From the NCBI RefSeq assembly GCF_001949145.1, contig NW_019091359.1, forward strand, positions 1,376,540-1,440,539: DNA of 64,000 nucleotides, given 5' to 3'. The position numbers and the translations under genes were made by a program. This document shows positions 10,801 to 22,800 of the stretch, piece after piece (positions within the stretch are counted from its first letter, which is position 1; each line of letters opens with the position of its first letter). Source of the stretch: Acanthaster planci (lineage: Eukaryota). A model generated the notes under the pieces. It was not told the origin of the DNA and did no database searches. It saw nothing but the letters and a program-made list of their open reading frames with translations.

Positions 10801-13800
10801 GGTTCACTTTAGCTTAATAAAAATATCTCAAGAGAACTGAACCAGATTTCCAGTATCACGTTTTCTTTCTTTTTTAACAGGACTGCTCTGATGCTGGCAT
10901 GCCAATCGGACCAAATTGGTCTGGTCAAGTTGCTGTTGGAGCAGAAGGCAGACACTGAGATCAAGGACAGCAAGGGATGGACAGCCAATGACCAGGCCAT
11001 CATGGGAGGATTCCATGGGTACCGTATACGTTATTCCAGCAACCGGCATTAGATTCAATTATGGCAGTGGTATTGCACTCACTTGCAGGTGGTGTGCGGG
11101 CGTTATGTACCTCTTTGACCAATAGGGTATTTTAACTTGTTAAAGTGCTTGTACGCTCAAGTTTAAGACTCTGTCTGTGAGTTCGGCAATACTGCAGTAA
11201 TTTTCTTTCCTCCGATTAATCTAGAGATAGCTTCTCAGAACCTGGAATGTTTACAGTGTTCAGATTGGAATTATGCCTGGACTGAACACGCCTAAAACAT
11301 AATGATGTCGCACTTTGTATATATGCGCTTCTCTGAGGGGATCGATGGATGGCGTCCCATCTCGCTACTACTGCAAAGCCCAACATTATTGGGAACTAGG
11401 AACACTCGGTGTACCAATATGGGATCATTTAATTTAGCCTGTGTCCGAAACGGGCTTCCAGAGCTACGACAAGGACTATTGTCTACGCGTCTCCACGCAG
11501 TTGCAATGGAGTGAAAACCTAGACCTAGCTCTAGACAACAGATTCGGATGCAGCCCCAGATTCATGAAGGCTAATGGTCAGGGTCAATAACTTGGCTTTG
11601 ACTATAAATAACACATTGTCCTACAGAAATTGCCACTTGTACTCAAGTCAGGGTCTCCCCGTCTATTCAAGTGCGAGGCGGCCCGCTTCACTGATTTTAG
11701 TGATTACCTCAGGTTTTTCTGTTGAATTTTACCACCTCACACTTAAAATAGACAAAGATATATAAAAAAAAATAAATCAGTTTCAAATGGTTCAGAATGG
11801 TAAAGAGGTCTGACATAGCATACAAGATGGATTTATTTGAGAGCGGAAATTTGGAGTAAATGTACTGTTATACTCTGTAGAACTTTAAGCCTTGTTGAAA
11901 ACACTCGCTTTTGTTTTAGGCGCTTGAATTTGGGCAAAATTTGTTTGACCCCCTCAAACCTAACAGTACCCCAAGGGGAACCTTGACATAAGTACATTGT
12001 TTTTGCTACTCACACTCTTGAAAATGGACTTGTACCCATGCGCTTGTTGATGTACTAGCACTCAAGTGAAAATATTCCATGTACTCAGATTGAAGTACTC
12101 ACAGTTTTACTCATGCAGAAGTACTCATACTCACACTCATGGAAATGTACTTAATTACAGCTCTGACTAGTGGCTGCTGCTCTCTTACATTTTGAAATTT
12201 TGATTTGTAAAAATAATCACAAGTTATACCCTGTGTTTTTTATGAGAGACATATTTTGGATAACGTAGGCTGTTGCATACCTTGGTGCAGGTGTTCCCAT
12301 CTGATTGACGAGGCCAACTCGAGCCGACGTCCCAGGTCCGCCGTGGGCCGGCCTGGGTCCAGCATGTTTGGCTCCACAGGAGGCTCGGTGGGAGTGGGGC
12401 TTGGCTTCAGCCTCGGGGGAGCTGGTGCTAAGGATGAATTTGGTAAGCTAGGTTATCCTCTCGTTAGAAATGTTTGCACCGATTTCTTATTTTGTTCATA
12501 AGCCTGTCTTAAATTAGATTGGACAGAATAATGTATCATTGTAGACAATCAGATTTAATGCATCACATTTTCTGTTGTGATTATAAATTTGTGAAATGAG
12601 TATGAGTTTAGTTTCATTTATTCGCTGACAAAGATGATTTAGTCCTTCATCTCTTTTTGTCTCCAGATGATGACGAAGATGATCTTTCTATTGGAAAGTA
12701 AGTGGTTATTTGTGCTGTGTACATTCTGTTTGGCTATTAAAGTGACTTACACAGCATATCTGTATTGCAGAAAATATGCAGATACTGAGTGAATACAAAG
12801 CTACATGGCAATAAGTGATCATATCAATAATAATTAGATCCCAACAATCATTAAATTAATGCATCTTTTTATTTGAAGGGATTCCTTTGGGGATGATTCC
12901 TGGGCCGCTTCAGCTTCTGAAGTAGATGAACCTGTCAAACCTAAACCAAAGGTAAGGCAGAATTTCATGCCACAATACTTGAAAAGATGCCGTGATGGTT
13001 ACGATTCTCGGTAATCAGCCGGTTTGAACCCTTGTGAATGTCCAGCCACACATTTTAACCCCGCAAGTACTGGGGTGAGGGGAAAGAGTGATTTTCTCGG
13101 ATACATTTGCAATCGTTTCTTTGTGCTGAGCCTTTTGGAGTTTGCCGATCATGTCTTACAGTAGTTTCGACGCTAATTTTATGAAAAATTGAACACTCTC
13201 TCAAAACGCCCGTTTTTGGAAGTGCACAATGTCGTTCACAAGGTAAGTGCACTGATACACGTGAGGGCACGAGTCGTAATTGACCATGTAGCAACAAATC
13301 CTTTGTTGGATTGTCTTCAAACTTCCTAGATGTACTCATAAAGAATGTCTATATGCATGCCAAGTTTCAAGAGGATATGACATTGGAAAGCTCCCTATCA
13401 AAGGAGTAGGGAGGGGTGGGTTCAGCCCCCTTCCCTGCATGGCTGTGTGGTGGTTGCAAGAAACATAGCTCTTTTAGGGTTGAGGAATTCCAAGGTAATT
13501 GTCTTCAAGTGGCATCTTCTAGTTCTATTTAGAGACTGGTCATAAGAATTCTGGCAGTGCCTTTGATTGAGGAGGAAAGAAGCACAGCCTGAATGCTGAC
13601 AAAAATACACCAGAAGATTCAGTTATCAGTCAATTTTTCTGTGCANNNNNNNNNNNNNNNNNNNNNNNNNNNNNNNNNNNNNNNNNNNNNNNNNNNNNNN
13701 NNNNNNNNNNNNNNNNNNNNNNNNNNNNNNNNNNNNNNNNNNNNNNNNNNNNNNNNNNNNNNNNNNNNNNNNNNNNNNNNNNNNNNNNNNNNNNNNNNNN

Positions 13801-16800
13801 NNNNNNNNNNNNNNNNNNNNNNNNNNNNNNNNNNNNNNNNNNNNNNNNNNNNNNNNNNNNNNNNNNNNNNNNNNNNNNNNNNNNNNNNNNNNNNNNNNNN
13901 NNNNNNNNNNNNNNNNNNNNNNNNNNNNNNNNNNNNNNNNNNNNNNNNNNNNNNNNNNNNNNNNNNNNNNNNNNNNNNNNNNNNNNNNNNNNNNNNNNNN
14001 NNNNNNNNNNNNNNNNNNNNNNNNNNNNNNNNNNNNNNNNNNNNNNNNNNNNNNNNNNNNNNNNNNNNNNNNNNNNNNNNNNNNNNNNNNNNNNNNNNNN
14101 NNNNNNNNNNNNNNNNNNNNNNNNNNNNNNNNNNNNNNNNNNNNNNNNNNNNNNNNNNNNNNNNNNNNNNNNNNNNNNNNNNCTATAAATGACCGTTAAA
14201 TGAAATGATGAACTTTTGAAGGATTTTGAAAACGGAAAAAATGATATTCATGCCGGCCCAGCATCATCAACATTGAAAAATACCCCGGCATGAAGTGGTT
14301 AACATTGTACAATGGAAGCTAGTCCTTACTTAAGGATAAACAATGAAAATGTTAACCATGTGGAGCTAAAGCCGGCCTTTTTCGGTGAATTTGGTACACA
14401 TCCTGGTGGCACATAGAGTGCTCATGGTGTGCCATATATAAGTTCCAGGCAGGACCAAAAGAGGGCGCAATTCATTCTAGTAAAGGAGGCTCCTTTGGTG
14501 GGAAATACACTTTGCTGGTTCACGAACCACATGGAATGCATGCGCTGTAGTTGTGTTGCTACCAACAAAATGAACACTGCCCACCAACATGGCTCTTTTC
14601 AACCAATGAGGGGGTGCTTTTGCTCAGGGGAGATTTGGGGGTAATCTGTTTATGCCTGTCACTGAATGGCCTGTGCTAGACTCGCTGCTAGTAAGAAACA
14701 TTTTGGTAACAAAATGCTATGCATGCTTCCAAAAGGTGCCCTCCTAACTGAACAGAAAAGTCCTTAGTTCTGGGACATTTTCCTGAATGCGGTGATTTGT
14801 TCAAAATGAGATATTTTTTGTTGACTTTAGCATCTCAGCAATCAACAGCCTCCAAGTCCCGCATCCCCCGAGCAGTCTCCAAAGACAGTCTTGCCAGCGC
14901 GGCCAGTGCCCGTTCTGCCTCCTGCACCAACCAAGACGGCAGCAAGATCCCACGACTGGCAGCCAAGCCTGCCGATCCCACCGCTGCCACCTATTCCCCT
15001 ACAAAGGCCAAGGTCTCAACACCAGGAAGGGGTCGCTCAGTCAGCGATGTCTCGCCCTGGGATGACACGCCAACCCCTACCCCAAGAGAGGCCGCTCCTG
15101 CCGATAGCTTGGCTGGCACGCCCAGAGGGGGACCACACACACCTATGAGCAGTGCTGTCTCATTTGGAGAGGTATTCCCCCATCCTCCTGTATTCTTTAT
15201 CAAATGAAACAAACTATGCATCCCTCGAGGTACTGTTCGGCTTACTCATGAAATCCAGTGTGACCGACACTGTATGGGTGTAGAGAATAGGTGACCAATT
15301 TTCATCGGAATGTGCACAAAACTGTGTGCATTTGTTTAAGGCTGGGGACTCATTGCAGTGATATTATGTATTGCTGTCATCGTAAAGGGAAGGAGTACAT
15401 GGTTGAAGGAAGTAATAAGTAGGCTTTCCTCTAGATTTGCCTTTTTTTTGTTTTGTTAATAGGCATACTCAGCTATTTTTACCAGTGTTACAGGCATGCA
15501 ACGCATCTGTGGATCTGCGGATTTCTGCATTTTTAACCACGACAAATTCCACCTTAGGCTTTGCCCGTGCTTTCACCACTTGCTTGCGCCTCAGATTGCG
15601 GTGCGGCAGACGCGCTGAGGCTGCACCGCCGCTCGGCAGAAACTCATATAATTGTGCTTCCATGCAGAAAAAAAGATTCAAATTGTCATCTGGTTCTGTG
15701 CTAGTGTATGAGAGGAAACTGTTAACTGAGCTGGACATCTGACTTCGTGGTTATCATAGCGCCCTCTATTCTGTTCTAGTTGATAGTCTGGCTCCATATC
15801 TTTTTCTCTACCGCCTTGCACGTCGCGACGTCAGGATACAGACTTTCTTCATGAGCCAGTCAACCAGATTCTTGTGGCTAACATTCGGAAGGCCAGAGAA
15901 AAATCAGTTGAGCATCTTGCTGAACAAAATGCCTCTGCCATGCATCTGCTTCCACATTCAAAACCCCAACAACTAACAGAAGAGCGCTGCGCGCTCGCAG
16001 TATCCTACTTGAGGGTTTTCCTCTTTTTTTGAAAACAAGAATTGCATGCCTGGTATTAGAAATGTTCCACCCAACTGAACAAGTAGCCATAGACATAGAC
16101 AAAAGCCTACATATGAGTCTTACACTATATACCAGTAGCAACTGTCAACATTTTTCACCAACATGATATCTATTTTTTGTCAAGATGCTAAAGCCGAGTG
16201 ATTTCAAAACAGAGCTCAGTTTGCTCTTTCTAATGCACACAAAAATATGTCAGGGAAAGAAATGGCCTCGAGACTTGTTTGTGGGATATAGCAACATTTA
16301 AGCATTGGTAGAATTTTTGATTGTATTTTTCAGTTAGACATTGGCGTACGTTTTTTGTTTCCTTCACTTTGTTTCTACAGTTTCAACTCTTTCACTTGTG
16401 CATGCAATGGAAATGCACATTCATATTGGTGTACCTGAGCCACTAGATTAAGCATTTATTCTCAATGTGGCACATTTATTTCAGAGTGGCAGTGAATGGG
16501 ACGACGATGATGTGCTCGGGGCTCTGGAGGGAACATCTCCACAGAAAGTGACAAATGTAAGTAGTACTTGTCCCACTTTTGAATTTTTCTCTCAAATTTT
16601 CATGGTTGGTTCCATTCCATGTAAGTGGTTTCTTAGTGTCAATTGGACGCATTGGATTCACTCTTTATTCTTTATTCAAGTTAAAAACTTTGATGTGCCA
16701 GTTTCAGTAGTGAGGTGTTAAATACTTTCTTTTGTCATTGTCAGAAAATACTGGAGAAGAAACAACCGATCTTGGGTAAGTCCAAGTCCTTTATGGCTTT

Positions 16801-19800
16801 TCTGAAATCAGATCCATTAACCGAAGTTTTCAATTTACAGTGGTCTATGGATTGGTATACTAACGGTACATGTGATGCACTGTGAATACTGGATTTCTAG
16901 CCTGTGAGACATATTAAGTGTACACTGGTTGCCACATTTATCATTAATTTTGTGTGACCAATTTTCAAGTGAATGCGCACAAACGCCTGGCACATTGTGG
17001 CGATGTATTTCTAATATTTGGTTTCTGTCTTGGTCACCATTGAGGGAATTCTTTTGCATAGCATCCCCAGTCTCATCTGTGATTAGTCTTTTATCCAGTA
17101 TTAAAGTACAAATCATTGTTGAGTTTTTGACCTTTGATCTATTAAACCTTAGCCTGGGATTTGCTTCAGGCTTTAGACAATTTTTACTTAGTCTATCCTG
17201 AGCAGCGTGTGTGTACTCTGAATATAATAAGCTTGGTACCAAATTTGTATTTATAAAGGACTAGCATGCTAGGGACTTTATTAAAGTTGAGTTTGTGAAA
17301 GTTGATATGTGTGATCACATGTGAATAATGCTGTTCACGTAATTCTGTTTCATATTTTTTCAGCAAAACCAAATGATCGGGTTGAGAAAAGGCCCCTTAG
17401 TTCACAAGACAAACAACAAAGAAAAGGTACATTGTTTTTAGACAAGTAATCTCAGGTTTTGTGATCAGTGTCAAGGCTTATTTTAAATTGAAAGTGGAAA
17501 GTTTTGAAAATAAATTTAAAGATAGAGTCAGCTTAAAACAAGAAAAGTTAAAAAGGTCCTAGGTTTAAGATAATGTATTCCCCATTGATTTTAAATTTCA
17601 CATCATAAATGTGAAATAGGAATTTGAAATTTAATAATCTCTAAAGTTCTAATGACCTTGTCAGGAATAATTGATAGAAATGTTTTGTTTTGTTGTCTTC
17701 TGCAAGAGCTCATGTTATTCTGAAACAGATTAGGACTAAGTTTTACAACTTAAGTCCATCAACCCTAACCTGGGGATTTGGGGGTTTTGTGTACATGGAT
17801 TTCTAGATGTTCTTAATCAGCTGGGGATGAGTGATATGGATGATGACGATGATGATTCCAGTGTTCACTTCACTGATGAGGAACCTAAGAAAGCCTTGTC
17901 AACCGTCAAACCAAGTCTTCAGGTACGTTGCGCCTGAGGCACATGTCCAAAGCATGCAGAATCAACGTTTTGGAAAGCAATGCAGCCTCGAGTGTTTTCT
18001 AATCTACAGAAGTGGCCTGGCGGCCTACCAAGTTGTGCTAGTCTCCCCCGATGTTTGACAGCTAGCCACCAGCTTCAAAAGTAAAGTCTGGTGCCACGTA
18101 TTTGGAAGCTATGCTTGTGTTCTGGTATTGAACTTTAAAACAAAACTTTGGAACAAAACCTGTCTGTGCATATCTGTAATTGCTTCCAATCCCAAAGATG
18201 GAAAAGATGGCAAGAAATGCACTGGATTTTTGACAAGGGCCTTGTTCAAAATGAGCCATGAACTTCTTCCACTTTAGTTTTGTCAGCCCACACCAAGTTT
18301 CAATTTTACAACGTAGGGAACATTGAAGGGGTTGAGATGCACATATTATTCAAATGTGAATGCAAATATGACAAATTTTTATTGCACATGGGTGTGTGGG
18401 TGTCAAATGCCTGTTTGAATGTCAAGATTTGAGTCCCACACAAAATGCACATTTTCCAGTGAACACTCGAACAAAAGGACAAATGATAAATCGCATTGTA
18501 AATCTTTCCAAGGCGGTGTAATCATTAAGCCAGGCATGAAGAAATCACAGTTGCATAACTTTTGCACTTGCATAATTTGAAACCTTCTGAAACAGTTGCA
18601 GTTTCTCACGTTTTGACCCAACGTGAACGTCCCATGTTTCTTATATTGGACGTGTGTGAGAACTGCCTTTACATGACAGACAATATGCAGGAAGCGATAA
18701 CGGCAGCAAAAGTCCACACTTTCTTCGCGTTTGCGTTCAAAATGGGCAGCTAAACCTCTCCACTGAGTTAGAGTGTTATCACAAATTGGCAGAGGAATTT
18801 TCCTCTTTATGTTTCTTGAATTGTAAGCAAATGATTGAGAACGAAAATGAATGGGAGGAAGCAAAGAAATCAAATCCTATTTTCAACACCGTTCATTTCG
18901 GATTGTAATAATGAATTTCATTTGCCTTTACCATTAGACATTAAAATTCATCAAGTCTAGTTTTAGAGTTAACATAAAGTGCCATGGTTGTAAAAATGTA
19001 ATATCCCATCTTTATTCTCTGTGTGATGATTTTAGCCTAACCCCATCATCAGCGTCAAAGATAGCCCAGTTGTCTCAAAAACCGCCAAGACTGAAGCAGA
19101 AGCAGAGGAAGATGAAGGTGAGAAATTTTTTTTGAATTTCAAGATTGATGTTGCAACGTTTCTGGACTGCCTGCTCGTGTTTGCCGTGCTATCTTTTTTC
19201 CCTCCAATGTGTGGGATTAAATTACCCCTTTGAACAGTTCGGTCAGTTCTAAAAAAACATGATATTTAGTTTGAAAGCCAGGCCTAATTTTTCGGTGGTC
19301 ATTGGAAAGAGAAGGTATCTTTTGGTTATGTTTGTGTGGTGGGTTTGAGTATCACTTTTCTACAAAATTCTTTAAACTTCAAAATCTTTTTACTTCAGTG
19401 TAAAGCCAAAAATTAGAAAGGTTCTGGGATCTCTAATGTAAACACAGATAAAAGGAAACAAGTTAAATGAGAGTTGTGTTTTTCAAATACTGATTGCAAG
19501 TTTCAATCCTGTAAGTATGTCTTGATAGATATGATTGGACTGATTTGGTTCACACTTTTCTTTCTTTCCTTGCATGCAAACAGAGTCAGACTGGGACTCA
19601 GATGTAAGTCTTCATTTCTTCCTCAATTCTGTTTGTGCTCTCTCAGGGTGGACTGTCTCCACACTGCATGTTATAGAAATTTTAGCTTGATTTTTTTGTT
19701 CACAGTATTCTTGCATTCTGATATTCTGTCCTGGAACAAATCAGTGGCCTATTCCTTATGTGTGATATTTCAAGGGGCATCAGGACCGTTATAAAAGTAA

Positions 19801-22800
19801 GAGTGATTAGATTGTACCTGCCTCAAACATACAAAGCTCTCCAAGGCCTCGTGGGTGATTGTGAAGACTCTAGCAGGGTTAGGGTTTGTTGTTGACTCAA
19901 ACTGTTTAGGTGGAAGTTTCAAAACAGTTAACGGGTGTAAAGATGTACAGACTTTCCCCGAATAAGGTGTTCGTTTGGAGTGGGAAGTGAGCCCCAGCGG
20001 ACATACCGTGTCATACCACTCAAGATGCTTGCAGTGATGACCCTGAATTGTGATGTTTTCTTGGTCTGATTGCAGGATGATTTGCTCCCTTCCCATGCCT
20101 CAAATGATAAAGGTGAGATTTCGTGTGTCATTTTGATTGAAAGTTAAGCTGAGAATGTTGAAATATGGATAATTCACTACAACCTACTTGTAGGTTCTAC
20201 GTCTGAGAGGATTTCAAAGCCAGGGTCATTTTCCAGTGAAATGATGCACAAATATGGGAACTAGTATCAAAACTAAAAACAATGTAGTAGCTTTGTGAGT
20301 GGAAGTTTAAGAAAAAATTTATCAAGAATTGTTCGTTTTCATTTTTTAGAAGTTAGTTTTTATAGCACTCAGAATGCAAGATATTAGGAACTCATTATGT
20401 GCAATTAAAACATAGGATAGGACAGTATCACACTGCTTTTGCCGTGGGTGTCAACCAAAGATCGTATAGTGCCGCGTAGCAGCGCAAGATGGCGAACTTC
20501 ACCGTAAATACACGTAAAACGTTGTAATCGCATAAGTGCCATTTGAGCAAGCGATATGCCTGCGCAATGCACATTAATGCACAGGCGCAGGTGCCGCAGC
20601 AGGCACGTGCATCTGGTGAGCCTGCACTTAAGCATTACCGTAAACCGCGCAGGCATATTGCTTGCTCAAATGGCTCCCATGGTAATTACATCTTTTGGGC
20701 AGAGTTATCCATCTTGCGCCTTTGGCGCTATACGATCTTTGGTGTCAACTAATGAGCATCAAGGACCATAGTAATGATGAGTAATAGTGAGTTATCTTGG
20801 GAAGTTACAGGGGTGCAGTTTATCTGTAATTTTGTTTCAGTTTGTGTTACAGTCATTTGCAAAAGTTTAGGACCACCCGTAGAAAATGCATTAACCTGAA
20901 GAAAACCAAACTTAAACTTAATCAAGCATGGCATCTTGTGTTTATTTTCAATGTGCCACCTTAGTGTTTCAATTAAACAGCTATTGGACTACATTTCCGT
21001 GATTTGAATGTTAAATCATCTAATATTTAGTGCACCCGTCTTTATTTCTGATTACTTACACTGGCCTTTTTTTACCCATGCTGCCTTACAGACAAACTGT
21101 CATACAAGACCTGTCTTTGCAAAAGATTTCATTCAACTGGATATATAGCATTGCACTGATGTTATGCACCACTGTAAAATCATGTTAAGTAATCATTCAG
21201 TGAGACAGTGTAATGCAGGCCCAGTGACAGAATACCAATAAAATTCCAGGTGGTCTTAAACTTTTGCCAATGACCAATGGACAAAAATGTTCCTCCAGGT
21301 TTCTTATAGGCTATTGATTTTACTTGGCGCAAGATTCTTTGAAGACCATTGACTCAAAAGTGGCTCTGGCAACTTGCGACTCATAGTAGGTTGGATAACG
21401 TGTATCACTGATCATTAATCAGCAGTGTAATGCACAGGTTGATATTCTGAGACATTTCCTCAAATACCTCTTGCAGACCCGCCAATCATAAGACCCGGTG
21501 ATTCGGGCATCCACACCAACTCAGACAGTCTAACATCAAAGCCCAAACCCGCTTCCCCATCTGGGCCGCCGATCTCGCCCCGCGTCGAGCGGAAGTTACC
21601 TCCCACCCCTACCAAGGAGGCAACAGGGAGGGGTAGAGATCCAAGGGAGGTGGAGCAGGGTGGGGCCAGGATGCAGGTGCAGAAAGGCGAGGCTGAAGAT
21701 GATGATGACAACTGGGATTCGGAAGCAGAGGACGAAGAAGAGGAGAGCGAATGGGAGAAGGCCAGGAAAGTGGGAAGGAGGGTGAGTTGATTTCTCTTGT
21801 CAGTCTGTAAAGTTTGTTTTACTCTAACTTTGGTTATACTGTCTGAAAATTGTGTAAAATGAATTTGAGTCATTGTATAGATATCTTTGACAAAATTTGA
21901 TACCTTTCACAAAATTCCTGATGAATGGACTCATGAGTTGGTGCCTGGTGATTGTACAATAGTGTTGTCTGAGTTCTGTCGTGTGGAATAAGCGAAATAT
22001 TGCCAATTGCCTGCTTGAAGTCTGCCATGATCAAGGTCATATGCGCCATTCCATGGGGGGTGCCATCCACCTTTGTTCAAAAACCTACAACTGACCAGAA
22101 AGTACCCAATTGCTAACCATAACATCACCTCCCGTCGTCGATCATTGGCCAGTAATAGCACAAGGCCATTTACGATTGTGACGTGGGCTTATTACTCGAT
22201 GACAAATATTCAGGTAAGACTTGATTGTCATTCTACTGCTTAGCTTGGAGTAACTTGGAAGACAATCCTTCACGGTATTTTGAACCACCTGCCTTATGAT
22301 ATTAGGGCATATTAAACATTCCTTCGATGCAGCAGGCTTTGTTCGTTATTAAAGCAATAATTTTAAAATAAAAGTGAAACAACAACATAATGTAGTGTCA
22401 TGCGAGGCCTTTCTACGGGGTCGTCACTGCCTGAGCAGAGACGGGGAGAGGGGAAGTAATTCCCCTGGACCCGGTGACAGAGGCGTGCACAGAGAAGAAT
22501 TTTGCTGATGCTCGGTTTATTGGCGATGGCACATCCAGGACACAAAAGAAATGCCAAAAACACCCCCCCAACTATGTCCTCCTGAAAATAAGCTATGGGA
22601 ATGGCCACCGAGGGCAGCACAGTTGTTTGGAATCTCTTTCTGCCGTTCACTTGGAACTTGGGACTCAGTTCAGAGCGCAGAGGAAAACGGGCCACAAAGA
22701 GAAAAAGATCGCCCTGCCTCTTCGGAAAGCTCCCAGTCTGCCAGACATGGCATGTGTGCGCGTCCTCTAAGCGCAGCACAGCGACATCGAATTAATGCAC

